A stretch of 64,000 nucleotides of DNA from Macrostomum hystrix (taxonomy: Eukaryota; Animalia; Platyhelminthes): assembly GCA_950097015.1 (NCBI GenBank), contig CATNEN010000001.1:8370001-8434000 (forward strand). Direction: 5' to 3'. A program made the translations under genes and the position numbers. This document shows positions 13,474 through 25,587 of this stretch, in pieces (positions within the stretch are counted from its first letter, which is position 1; each line of letters starts with the position of its first letter). The notes under the pieces were generated by a model that saw only the letters and a list, made by a program, of their open reading frames with translations, was not told where the DNA came from and did no database searches.

Positions 13474-13909
13474 TTTATTTGTGACTGAAACGAGGGACCC
13501 GAATTGTTACAGAAGAAGCATGCAGACAAAACCTTTCATGCTTATTTGTTTCATATTTCATATTTCTAATGTCTATTCCTATATTTCTATCTCGCGTTCA
13601 GACGCCGTGCTGGCCCGCCTGCCCGCTCCAGCAATTTCTAAGAAATCCTAAGCGTCAACTTTCGAATTCACTTGGCCCAATGAACAGGCAGAGGCAAGCG
13701 AAGAAGCATTGAACTCCTGCCTAGATCCTAGATCCTAGATCCTATTTCGATCCTTAATTTACGACACATCTATTGAATTGGCATTGAATCTTGCGATTGA
13801 GCAGTTTGTGATTATTAATATTGATCTTGATATTGACATTGATAGAGATATTGATCTGCGGGCAAAGTTTTTTCCGACATTCATCTCGTATTGAACGCCC
13901 ACTACGATT

Positions 13910-15841
13910 TCTTCTTATTGATCTTAAAAATGAAATGCTTGGTTGGTTGCTTGCTTATTGTTGTTGTTTATTTTCTCCCGAACGGCGCAACCGATTTTCA
14001 CCATTTCTTCACCAAAAGATGCCAAATATGGGGACAATTATACACGTATTTTTATTAAGCTTAACTTTATTGCTAAGGGGATTAAATATTCGAAAAACAT
14101 TATTTTTTGCACATTTTTTCAAAGGTCAAACCATCTTGGCCTATTGAGAATTTCATTCACTGACTGCCACTGAATTAGAATTGCATCGTCAAATTGCGCA
14201 ACAACCCCTAGCTGATTGAATTTGAAGCCTGCACTCTGGAGACAAATTGGAAATAAATGTACACAACCAACCGCGAGACTGAGTGTACTCTATTTTCTTA
14301 CTTCATTGTAAGAAAATGGACCGCACAGGCGAGGCCAAGGGCGAACGGCGAGATTTCCTGAACGGCTTCTGAGCGATGCTGGCGCCCCGGACCAAGCTAG
14401 CGGGAGTGACTTTTTGAGATCGTTGGCCCAGAAACGCGCTCTCTGACTGCTCTCCCCCTCTCTGGCCACTGCGTGGCTGGCGGGAGCAGTTCTTTGTTGT
14501 TGTTGTTGTTACTTCATTGTACAAAGCCAGAACTTTAAGAATTCATTTTATAAGACAGATTTTTGCAGAACTTTGAGAATTCATTTTATAAGGCAGATTT
14601 TTGCACCCACTAACCAACAGTCGGAATAGCCGATGTGTAGGCACTAGGAATAGGTTAGGCTAGGCTAGGCGAAGTGTCCCTGGTTCGACTCTGCACTGCG
14701 TCAAATCATTTAAATTAATTGTCAGTCAGTAGTGATCGATGCGAAGCGATAAATTTTTATTTAATTTTAAAAATAAAGGGGAAACTTTTAATTCACTTTT
14801 GCAAAACCAGAGTTTGAATCATGGCTAAACCAGAGTTTCAATCATGGCTAACCCAGCGTTTGAATCATCTCTAAACCAGAGCTTGAATCATGGCTAAACC
14901 AGAGCTTGAATCATGGCTAAACCAGAGTTTGAATCATTGCTAACCAGAGTTTGAATCATGGCAAAACCAGAGTTTGAATCATAGTCAACCAGAGTCTGAA
15001 TCATGGCTAAACCAGAGTTTGAATCATGGCTAAACCAGAGTTTGAATCATAGCAAAACCTGAGTTTAAATCATAGCCAACCAGAGTTTGAATCATAGCCA
15101 ACCAGAGTTTGAATCATAGCTAAACCAGAGTTTGAATCATGGCTAAACCAGAGTTTGAATCATGGCTAAACCAGAGTTTGAATCACAGCAAACTAGAGTT
15201 TGAAGCATAGCTAAACCAGAGTTTGAATCATGGCTAAACCAGAGTTTGAATCATAGCCAACCCGAGTTTGAATCATGGCAAAACCCGAGTTTTAATCATG
15301 GCTACACCAGAGTGTGAATCATGGTAAAACCAGAATTTAAATTAATTTTTCTTTTGTCATTGATCTGAATTCTCTACATTTTGATTTTGTTATCTAATAA
15401 CGTCATAATGATATATGTTTGTATGATAATAGTTTTGCCTAATATTCATTAAATTGTTGTTCTTCTTAATTTTATACAAAAGCAGCTGGGGAACATTATC
15501 AACTGGGGGATCATTGTCAACTGGGGGATCATCATCAACTGGGGGATCATTGTCAACTGGGGGAACATTGTCAATTGGGCATCATCATCAATGGGGAGTC
15601 ATCAGCAAATGAGGAGATCATGGTCAGCTGGGGGATCATTGTCAACTGGGGATCATCATCAACTGGGGGATCATTGTCAACTGGGGAATCATTGTCGACT
15701 GGGGGATCATTGTCAACTCGGGGATCATTGTCAACTGGGGATCATTGTAGCTTTAAAGAGCTGAAAATACAGCTGCTAAAAAGTATATACTAGACGGATT
15801 AAAAATATTTCTGCTCCCCGAAGGGGGGCAAAACTTGCTAG
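13910..15841 (+). mobile_element. Non-autonomous Helitron (copy 2), nested in the EnSpm element
   Basis: 3' ~1 kb is homologous to copy 1: same 23-bp and 18-bp arrays, spacer, CCCCgaaGGGG hairpin, CTAG 15838-15841 followed by T. The 5' end is approximate (TC then TTGG/TTGC microsatellite). Confidence 0.85.
14311..14510 (+). mobile_element. 5'-truncated LINE 3' end (RTE-like) with (TTG)n tail
   Basis: Encodes GPHRRGQGRTARFPERLLSDAGAPDQ...RAL*. (TTG)n tail; TSD ACTTCATTGTA at 14300-14310 and 14511-14521. Confidence 0.88.
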
Positions 15842-16785
15842 TAGTACGACTAAATATCAACTATATACAATTTTCGGTGTATATATGTGTTTTCCTGTGT
15901 GTGAAGGAAGAAGACCGTGAGTCTTCTGTGACAGTCACAAAGCAGGTCACATACGTGACCATATAGGGCACGGTCACAAGACACGGTCACAAAGCAAGGT
16001 CACAAAGCATGGTCACATACGTGACCATATAGGGCACGGTCACAAGACACGGTCACAAAGCAAGGTCACATTCGTGACCATATAGGGCAGGGTCACAAGA
16101 CACGGTCACAAAGCATGGTCACATACGTGACCATATAGGGCACGGTCACAAGACACGGTCACAAAGCATGGTCACATACGTGACCATATAGGGCACGGTC
16201 ACAAGACACGGTCACAAGGCATGGTCACATTCGTGACCATATAGGGCACGGTCACAAGACACGGTCACAAAGCATGGTCACATACGTGACCATATAGGGC
16301 ACGGTCACAAGACACGGTCACAAGACACGGTCACAAGACACGGTCACAAGACACGGTCACAAGGCATGGTCACATTCGTGACCATAGGGCACGGTCACAA
16401 GACACGGTCACACACCAAGGTCACATTCGTGACCATATAGGGCACGGTCACAGAACACGGTCACACACCAAGGTCACATTCGTGACCATATAGGGCACGG
16501 TCACAGAACACGGTCACACAACAAGGTCACTTACATGACCATAGGGGCACGGTCACAAGACACGGTCACAAAGCATGGTCACATTCGTGACCATATAGGG
16601 CACGGTCACAGAACACGGTCACACAACAAGGTCACTTACATGACCATAGAGGCACGGTCACAAGACACGGTCACAAAGCATGGTTACATATGTGACCATA
16701 GGGGAACGGTCACAAAACGGTTACAAAATAGTCACCGTTTCCACGATCACAACCAAAAAGTGTGACCATAAATTTTCTATACGGG

Positions 16786-17370
16786 TAATTTATGTTGTCC
16801 CTCGATAATTAGTGCTTGCCCCATGAAAATGCATGCTTTTCACTTGATAATTTATGAAACCCCCCTTGATTATTCGTGCTTCCCCATCGCGAATCTGTGC
16901 TACCCCTTCGATAATTCGTGCTGCCACTTCGATAGTTCATACCTCCACTCGAAAAGTTATGCTTCCCCCTCGAAAAATCATTATTTACGCTCGATAATTA
17001 AAACTTTTTACTCCTTATTTCATGCTTCCTTGGGTAATTTATGCTTTCCCTGGATAATTCATGCTTTTCCATGGATAATTAATATTTCTTTCTTGATAAT
17101 TAATGTTTCCTCCTGGATAACACATGCTCCCACATCGACTATTAATGCTATTCCCTGGAAATATCATGCTTTCCCCTGGAAATCTCATGATATACCCCTT
17201 AAATCTCATTATTTTTCCTGGAAATCTAATTCTTTTCTTCATAAATCTTATATCATTTAGTTAATACCTTACGCTTTCCCCCCCCCGGAAATCTCATGCT
17301 ATACCCTGGAAATCTCATGCTTTTCTTTATAAACCTCATGCCTTTCACCTAATACCAGATGCTATCCATT
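16786..17370. repeat. Right part of the degenerate ~20-bp satellite split by the EnSpm insertion
   Basis: Same gataattcatgc/atctcatgct motif as 5820-6777. Confidence 0.8.
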
Positions 17371-17912
17371 AATATCCATTTGCTCTATATCAAAACATCG
17401 AGCAAATAATGCTAGCTGATATGCTCGAAAAACGTTTAGTTAAAGAAATAATACCGCTGTTTGGAACACTCAAAATCATTTCTTTTGTTTCTAACCTAAT
17501 AACGATTGCCTCAATGCTAGAAAAACTTTTCATTAGCGTCAATTCGAATCGATCTAGAGCTATACTCGAAAGAAACATTAATTTTAGAAAAGCATGAGGC
17601 CATTAGCCATTATCAAATTATTTACTTTTGAATATAATAGCGATTGCATCAATCCTCAAAAATCTTTCTCTAGCGTTAATTAATCGTAGAATAGTGATAA
17701 CAACTATGCTAAAAACTTTTCAATATAAAAATAATAACGCTACTAGCTATGCTTTAAATATTATCTTGTAGTTCTAAATCTGATTACTCTTGCAGCTATG
17801 CTAGAAAAATCTAGCATATCTAGCATAATCTAGCATAAAAATCATGCTGGTCGCAAAAACTGCAGCATCTGCGCAAAACGATGCCGAAACTAGAACAGCC
17901 GAAAAGGCATAT

Positions 17913-18104
17913 TGTTCTCATCGTCAGACAGTTTACACTTTCACTGTGCTTTGGAGGTTGTCCCTCATATAGCGTAAATTGCACGACAAGCCCCCAAGCC
18001 TTCTCTCCGCTGCTACGCGCCAAATAAATGTAGCCTCGCCGCGAAATCGAGCTAAGGGATCTTGGTGCGAGTGGAAAACGCGTTTACCGCTCTGCCACTC
18101 ACCC
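17913..18104 (-). mobile_element. tRNA-derived SINE, family A (partial)
   Basis: Reverse complement of the 32514 and 49020 copies. Confidence 0.85.
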
Positions 18105-18581
18105 TCCTCGTTGGCTCTTAAGTCTATGTTATTTTTTCTAACAAGATTAGAAGTGCACTTTATAAAATTTCTCTTACGTCTTTAAAGTTCAAATTAATCT
18201 GCACGAATGAAACGGACGGTTACCAAATGTTATTTGCCCTTCATGCTTAAGTGACGCCGAACTGTCAGGGTCCAGGGTCCCAGCGAATGCGAATGCGAAT
18301 GCATTCTGGTCAACCTCTAAAGTTAAACCAACGCATCTGTCTTAGATGTTAAGATCAATTTATCAGTTGTTAGAGTTTAGAAAAAAGTGCGCCATTCGAC
18401 ACTGCCAGACAAATCTGGCTAAGCCAAAGGCTTTCTAGTTTTACGAACTGTAGCCCATTAAAGGCGTCTTAGCCATGTTGCATATGATCGTGCAGAGCTT
18501 CTAGGCACTTTCTTGTTTAGTATATCGCGCAATCTTTGCTTTATCCACTGTCGCCAGCATTCAGTTTGAATCTTTGCCTTT

Positions 18582-18587
18582 TATAAA
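18582..18587 (+). promoter_or_regulatory. Candidate TATA box of the aminopeptidase gene
   Basis: TATAAA ~100 nt upstream of ATG 18683; AATAAA at 21389-21394 downstream of the stop. Confidence 0.45.
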
Positions 18588-18682
18588 GGACAGCACTTGA
18601 AAAATTGGAATCAACCGATTCAAGAAAAGCTAGCTCAGTTTCTACATGTTACAATAGTATCTAAATACTTTAGTTCTATTCG

Positions 18683-21253
18683 ATGGAGACTACGTTTGCC
18701 TTTATTTTCACTGCCTGCTTGGTCTTCTCCAGCTGCATCCATCTGGCCGCTGCTATTCCGCAATTGATAAGTGAGCCTTCTAATATTGCAGGCAGCTCGC
18801 GATTACCCCATGCTGTTATTCCTACTCACTATCGTCTCACCGTCGCCCCATTCATATATGGTGACGAATTCTACTTTGTCGGCGACGTGACAATATTGTT
18901 GGTTGCAGTAAGAAATATCAGCAGCTTTTGCATACATGCTTCACGATTGAATTTCACTGCGGGCCTAAAGGTCTATGATGATCAATGTGGTGCAGAAATA
19001 AATACTGAATCAATAAAACACGATATACAGCAGATGTGGCTAAATGTTACTATGACACATTCCCTGCAGAGTGGTCGACGCTACAAAATTGTGATTAATA
19101 AGTTTCGTGGTCACTCACAAACATCCAATACTGGACTATTCAGACTCTACTCTCGTAGAAACGGAACTGGCATACCATTTGCTGCATCACAATTACAGAC
19201 AATATTTGCCAGGACTGTATTCCCGTGCTTTGATGATCCCGCATACAAGGCCACTTTTGATATTAGCATCATCCGTCGTCATGACTACAAAGCGATAAGT
19301 AATATGCCATCGATTTCCGTAGCACGAGTGTCTTCGTCCGAATGGTTTCAAGGTAATGAGTCAAGCATAGGAACGTTTGTAAAAGAGAGCTTCAATACAA
19401 CACCAAAGATGCCCACATATCTACTGGCATTTTTTGTGGGTCAGTTCGAATTTGTGTCCGTGCGGGATAAAATCGGCCGCGAATTTCGCACCTGGGCAGA
19501 ACCAGGTGAGATCAATTTGACTCGGCACGCTCTATCATCAGCGATCATTGTGATGGAATATTTTGAAATGTTCTTTAACATCTCGAATCCTTTAATCAAG
19601 ACCGATCAGGTATTTTTCATAAGATCTGGCGCCATGGAGAACTGGGGACTCATATTTTATAATAAAGATGATTTGCTAATCAACAATGAGTTAGACAGTG
19701 TGGATCGACTATTTCTTTCCAATTTTATATTAAGCCACGAGCTGGCACACATATGGTTTGGAAATTTAGTCACCCTGGCCTGGTGGAATGAAGCTTGGCT
19801 AAATGAGGGGCTGGCAACATACTTCTCTGCTCTCGGAACACAGCACCTGATTCCATCGTGTGAGTCGGATTCTGTCGCTTTAGCTAAGTGGCAAGCAGCC
19901 ACGTTTATCATAGAAGATATGAGTCGGTCTAGACGTGCAGTTCGCTCTCAAGTGAAAACTTTGTTCGATATTGAAACAATGTTCGATGAAATTACATACC
20001 ACAAAGGCGCCGCTTTTGCCCGAATGATTCATGGTTTCCTGGGAGACGCTGTCTTTCGCAATGGCATCAGCAACTATTTGAAAGACAGAAGCTACAAAAG
20101 CGTGAAAAGCTCTGACTTGTTTGAAAGCCTAGCCCAGAGAAGTAACGAGAGTGCTCTTAATAATGTGAACCTAAGGGAAGTCATGAATGGTTGGATCGAT
20201 CAAGCGGGCTATCCAGTTGTGACCTGCGAACAATACAATAATACTTTGAGACTAAGTCAACAGTCTTTTCAGACCTATATAAGAGATTCTTCAAATAGTT
20301 CAGCATCAAGTTCCAACAAATCTCTATGGATCATACCGATCACTATGCTAACGAAGGAGAATTCTAGTAGTTGGGATGGATTTAACGTGTCTCACATAAT
20401 CCATTGGATGCGCTTGCAGCAGCAGAGCTTTTCTGCTAATACTTCTGGCTGGTATCTTCTAAACATTCGTTCAGTCGGTTACTATCGAGTGAACTACGAC
20501 ACCGCGAACTGGTTGGCCATAGTCAATCAGTTACTTGACGATCACACAGTATTTTCGCCCCAGGACAGGTTAAAGCTTCTATCAGACAGTTTCGCGCTGT
20601 TCAGGGCCAAAAAGTTCGAGCCCAGTTTGTTTATCGAACTTTTGGAGTACCTGCGCTACGAGAGACATTTCGCTCCTTGGAATGAAGCATATTCACTATT
20701 CAGCACTATGAATGAAAGACCAGACAGCAATACAGAAGCGATACTGTTTGTGGCCTTTTTTAAGGGCCTCATCTATCCAGCCTACCGATCGTTGGGCATT
20801 AAAGCTGTGCCGGGTACCGACACTTTCATGGCCAGACTCGTGCGCAAGAGACTAGTAGAATTCGCCTGCTTGATCGGACTGCACATCTGCCAGATGGAAG
20901 CCAAGGCCGAGTTCGCCCGCTTTGTGGCCTCCAACTTTTCCGCCAATACTATTTCGCCAGAATCGCGTCGTACAGTCTTCTGTACAGGTCTCAAGGCAGC
21001 GCCTTATTATTTGTTTAAAAAAGTACTTGAACTTTTCCATGCAAACTCGGCAAGCTCTTCAAAGATTTATCCTTCAGTTGAGTTTGTAAACGATTTAAAA
21101 TATGGTTTACAGTGCAAGCGTAATCAACAGAGACAACTGACGCGAAGACAAAGAAGATCTGTTTTGAGGTCGCACGAGTTGAACCTGTTGATTGGAAATG
21201 ATCAGCTGATGCGAAAAGCGATTTGGCGTTTGCATGTTCGCAGCGAAAATTAA
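18683..21253 (+). CDS. Intronless M1-family zinc aminopeptidase (aminopeptidase N-like), signal peptide, 856 aa
   Basis: Hydrophobic N-terminus; RLP..P.HY; FPCFDDPAYKATF; GAMENWG; HELAH...WLNEG (HEXXH-x18-E); ITYHKG catalytic Tyr; GYYRVNYD. Confidence 0.96.
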   Translation: METTFAFIFTACLVFSSCIHLAAAIPQLISEPSNIAGSSRLPHAVIPTHYRLTVAPFIYGDEFYFVGDVTILLVAVRNISSFCIHASRLNFTAGLKVYDDQCGAEINTESIKHDIQQMWLNVTMTHSLQSGRRYKIVINKFRGHSQTSNTGLFRLYSRRNGTGIPFAASQLQTIFARTVFPCFDDPAYKATFDISIIRRHDYKAISNMPSISVARVSSSEWFQGNESSIGTFVKESFNTTPKMPTYLLAFFVGQFEFVSVRDKIGREFRTWAEPGEINLTRHALSSAIIVMEYFEMFFNISNPLIKTDQVFFIRSGAMENWGLIFYNKDDLLINNELDSVDRLFLSNFILSHELAHIWFGNLVTLAWWNEAWLNEGLATYFSALGTQHLIPSCESDSVALAKWQAATFIIEDMSRSRRAVRSQVKTLFDIETMFDEITYHKGAAFARMIHGFLGDAVFRNGISNYLKDRSYKSVKSSDLFESLAQRSNESALNNVNLREVMNGWIDQAGYPVVTCEQYNNTLRLSQQSFQTYIRDSSNSSASSSNKSLWIIPITMLTKENSSSWDGFNVSHIIHWMRLQQQSFSANTSGWYLLNIRSVGYYRVNYDTANWLAIVNQLLDDHTVFSPQDRLKLLSDSFALFRAKKFEPSLFIELLEYLRYERHFAPWNEAYSLFSTMNERPDSNTEAILFVAFFKGLIYPAYRSLGIKAVPGTDTFMARLVRKRLVEFACLIGLHICQMEAKAEFARFVASNFSANTISPESRRTVFCTGLKAAPYYLFKKVLELFHANSASSSKIYPSVEFVNDLKYGLQCKRNQQRQLTRRQRRSVLRSHELNLLIGNDQLMRKAIWRLHVRSEN

Positions 21254-22472
21254 TCAACAAGACTTACAAATTGAAAACGTTACTTATAGATCGTGTGGCC
21301 TCTATATTTATCTGAAAGCGAGTGTTACTTTTTCTCATTAGTATAGCTAATATAAGCACTAGATCTAGCTTCCGTTCAAAAATTTTTCAATAAACGTTTA
21401 TTCATTATTGTCGCGACAAAAAATACGCCGCTTGACAGTAGCTCCTAGGAAGACCACGGGGATATTTCATGTAGCCCAATTTTTTCTGAATCACAAAACA
21501 TCGGAATCATCGAGATATTCAACGATTCTCGTCGAGGTGTCTTGTGGCACAAGCCCACAATATCGGCATTATTTTTCTGCCCACAAAATTTCAATACGCC
21601 TTTCTTTTTTATTTAATTAATTTGATGTTTATATGGAACAATGTAGTTGTCCCTGTCAGTCAAGAGCCTTTGACAAAAATCGGTGGATATCTCGTCGATT
21701 CTGACGTGGGACGGATTCGAAAGTTAGTTTATCGTAGGGGCTGGAAAATATTTAATAATATGGTTGGACTTTCACCAAAATCGGTAATCTCGATTGGGAG
21801 CTATCCTGAAGTAGGCAGTATTTAGGTATTTCTACTATTAAGGGCATGCCAAATTTATCGCATCAAAGCATACATTAAATTGTTCTTTAGTAAAATTTTA
21901 TTCTGTTTCTGATAAACGCCTACTAGATGATAAATTTTTCTGGATTTTTAATAATTTATAATGATTTTGTTTCATCATAGACACAAATATGTATTCTACT
22001 CTGGCTCCTGTATTATTTTGTGGCGCAAAAATTAAAAAGACACAGCCTTGGTGTTAAAAAGTCTTGATTTTTCGAGCCGTAATGGTTACCTGTTAAATTG
22101 TTATTTTGTTCAAAGGGAGGGCAGAGCAAAGAATATTAATTTTGCATCATATTCAATAAAACACTACAAGTTCATCCGTAATGGTTACTAGTTTTTTTCA
22201 GTTTTTTCAACATATTGCAGGGTTTCCTTTCTATAAAGCTTTTAAAACAAGACTAGAAAAATATCACCTCGAGAGCAAGATACTCGAACAGTCTACATCT
22301 AACAGCCTAAATACTCCTAAATCTGTGGTCCTAGCCCACTGACTACTTCTATCACCGATGTGTCTTATCTTAACCATCTCTCACCTCTACCCTGTCTAAT
22401 ATCGCCTCTTTAGTTTCTCCTGCTTCTAATCTGAAACTGTCTCATCTCTCCAATCTTACGAGTACCTCTCCC

Positions 22473-24070
22473 ATGTCTCATCTCTCCCTGTCTCATCTCT
22501 CCCCTGTCTCATCTCTCCCTGTCTCATCTCTCCCCTGTCTCATCTCTCCCTGTCTCATCTCTCCCCTGTCTCATCTCTCCCCTGTCTCATCTCTCCCTGT
22601 CTCATCTCTCCCTGTCTCATCTCTCCCCTGTCTCATCTCTCCCCTGTCTCATCTCTCCCTGTCTCATCTCTCCCCTGTCTCATCTCTCCCCTGTCTCATC
22701 TCTCCCTGTCTCATCTCTGCCCTGTTTTATATTTCTCGTGTCTCATTTAACTCTTCCACTACTCTGCCATGTCTCATTTCTCCTCTGTCTCATCTCTCCA
22801 GTGTCTCATCTCACCCCTGTTTAGTTTCTCCTGCATCTAATCTCAGTCTGATCTCTCATCTCTAACATCTTACCTCTCCTCTGCATTATCTCTCCCATGT
22901 TTAGTTTCTCCCCCATCCCATCTCCCCTGTCTGGAATCTGCTCTTTTTATGCCTCATCTTACTAATCTCACCTCTCCATTTTTATTGTTTCATTTATCTA
23001 ATGTTTCTTCCGTGTCTCATCTCTCCTCTGTCTCATCTCTCCCCTGTCTCATCTCTCCCCTGTCTCATCTCTCCCTGTCTCATCTCTCCCTGTCTTATCT
23101 CTCCCCTGTCACATCTCTTATCTGTCTCATCTCTCCCTTGTCTCATCTCTCCCGTGTCTCATCTCTCCCGTGTCTCATCTCTCCTCTGTCTCATCTCTCC
23201 CCTGTCTCATCTCTCCCCTGTCTGATCTCTCCCTGTCTCATCTCTCCCCTGTCACATCTCTCCCCTGTCTCATCTCTCCCCTGTCTCATCTCTCCCTGTC
23301 TCATCTCTCCCCTGTCACATCTCTCCCCTGTCTCATCTCTCCCCTGTCTCATCTCTCCCCTGTCTCATCTCTCCCCTGTCACATCTCTCCCCTGTCTCAT
23401 CTCTCCCTGTCTCATCTCTCCCCTGTCTGATCTCTCCCTGTCTCATCTCTCCCCTGTCACATCTCTCCCCTGTCTCATCTCTCCCCTGTCTCATCTCTCC
23501 CTGTCTCATCTCTCCCCTGTCTCATCTCTCCCTGTCTCATCTCTCCCCTGTCTGATCTCTCCCCTGTCTCATCTCTCCCCTGTCTCATCTCTCCCGTGTC
23601 TCATCTCTCCCTGTCTCATCTCTCCCCTGTCACATCTCTCCCGTGTCTCATCTCTCCCCTGTCTCATCTCTCCCGTGTCTCATCTCTCCTCTGTCTCATC
23701 TCTCCCCTGTCTCATCTCTCCCCTGTCTCATCTCTCCCGTGTCTCATCTCTCCTCTGTCTCATCTCTCCCTGTCTCATCTCTCCCCTGTCACATCTCTCA
23801 TCTGTCTCATCTCTCCCGTGCCTCATATCTCCGGTGTCTCATCTCTCATCTGTCTCATCTCTCCCCTGTCACATCTCTCATCTGTCTCATCTCTCCCGTG
23901 CCTCATATCTCCGGTGTCTCATCTCTCATCTGTCTCATCTCTTTCTGTCTCGTCTCTTCCCTGATTAGTATCCCAGGTTTCTCGCCCCTGTCGCAACTCT
24001 CTACTGTCTCATCTCCCATGCCTCATGTGTCCCTGTCTTATCTCTGCCCTGTTTTATATTTCTTGTGTCT
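22473..24070. repeat. 15-16-bp pyrimidine-rich minisatellite (tgtctcatctctcccc)
   Basis: Tandem array with degenerate edges; same family at 48503-48965. Confidence 0.95.
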
Positions 24071-24410
24071 CATCTCTCGTATCTGAAATCTCTTCTGTCT
24101 CGTCTCACCACTATTTAGTTCCCCCTGTATTTTATCTTGCCCTTGTCTCATTTCTCCTCTCTCTCATATATTTCCGTCTCAACTTTCCCCTGAAAAATTT
24201 CTTGGCTTTCTTGATTTACTGAATAAATGTTTGCATTGTTGTATGTGCCTACTTGTTTACTTATAGTACTAAAGTAATATTTAAGAAATGTTCTGCTCTA
24301 CAGCTGTTCGGCAGCGTGGCCGGTGCGATACAAGCTACAAATGTTCGTTAATCAGCCAGCCGATCGCTATAGACAATTCGATTGGAGTGCCGGGCCAGAG
24401 TCTGCCCACT

Positions 24411-25204
24411 TCAGAGGCGCATCCAGGCCTGCAGATGATCCTGACAGCTGGGGCTGCAGATGCAGTCAGGATAGCCTGAGCTAGCTGTGAACCGACCACC
24501 GCAGAAGGCATTGTCAGACCGGAAAATCTCGCGGCACAGATTGGAGCAGACTGCGTTTAGTCTGGCCGGTAGCAGAGGATCTGCGTGTCGGTTGCGATTA
24601 CTGAATGTTTTAGCTATAGGCAGGATTTAAAGTGGCGTAATCCGATTATTGTGACACGTGTGTGACTATAGATGCTGCAGTATATCGGATTCCATCGTAA
24701 TCATCTTCTAATCCATCTCACTTTTGTACTCAACTTAAATTATTCCTGAAGTTTATCAGCTTACACCCCTAGGATTAGGAATCCTATCATCGTAGATGAA
24801 AAATCGAAATTTGATCTCTAAAAATCTTTTAAATCACGGGATGGGAGAATAGATTGGTTTTAAGCTCTTCATTTCCTTTTTTTGCACGATGGACGCAGAG
24901 TAAAGCAGATTTACTAGGTACGCTCGCAGCATGTATCACGAAATATTGTTGCAGCAATAAACGACACTTTTAACACGTTTTTGGTTGCTCGAAAATTCTT
25001 TATAAGTAATTCTCTTAAAAGGATCTAATAGCGATTTTTCTGTGTGAAATTATAGGATTGAAATAGGAACTCACCGTCGCTTCCGGTTACCAACCGTTTG
25101 TTCGCCGGTGCAGCGTTACCATTGCCAGCTGAGTATTCCAGTGATTCAATGGGACTACATATGCCCTCTAGAGCCAGTAGGGAGATGACAATCAAAGTTA
25201 GCAT
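24411..25204 (-). CDS. Two-exon secreted Cys-rich (defensin-like) prepropeptide, 110 aa; exons 25204-25075 and 24613-24411
   Basis: MLTLIVISLLALEGICSPIESLEYSAGNGNAAPANKRLVTGSD|AKTFSNRNRHADPLLPARLNAVCSNLCREIFRSDNAFCGGRFTASSGYPDCICSPSCQDHLQAWMRL*. GTGAGT donor, CTATAG acceptor, phase 1 matches. Confidence 0.75.
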
Positions 25205-25587
25205 GCTGTAAGTGTGTTGCTTCTGTGTTGTTGTACGCCTAGGTGCGATAGTAGTGCGATGTGCTATCTAAGTCTTAGTTAGTAGAAGAACCAGCTTCTC
25301 TGCCTCTCTACCTGTGAGTCAATCGGGCTTGTGAAGCATTTTTATCCGCATGTGAGCAAGCCGCCTTCATAGATAGCGAATCAGGAATGTTCTGTGATTG
25401 TGTGTGGAAGATCTACAAACTTGTAGTAGCAAATGACTGCTCGATTTGCTTGGAAAATCACGAGAACTGCAGTGGTCGACTTATTGCTATACTGTACATT
25501 GATCCGTTAGTCCTTTTATATCTTTTCAATACCTGATTTTGTCGTCTACACAGTATTTAATAGGTTAAAATAAATTCTGTTCGATAG

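Larger units (their letters stand above)
6778..16785 (-). mobile_element. CMC/EnSpm (CACTA-like) DNA transposon, ~10 kb, both ends intact
   Basis: TIR CCCGTATAGAAAA at 6778 and its inverse ending 16785. TAA duplicated at 6775-6777 and 16786-16788. Arrays of GTGACC(GT) subterminal repeats at 6795-7200 and ~15930-16770, largely in opposite orientation. Internal transposase. Confidence 0.93.

Noticed and set aside
17380-17870. CTAG/TAGC-rich tract (and 21400-21830) resembling transposon ends
   Set aside because: No matching second terminus or TSD identified.
22473-24222. SHLSPVSSLPCLI repeat ORFs (also 48434-49041, 57915-59273, 60794-61956, 4134-4858)
   Set aside because: Satellite translations open in several frames, with no gene context.
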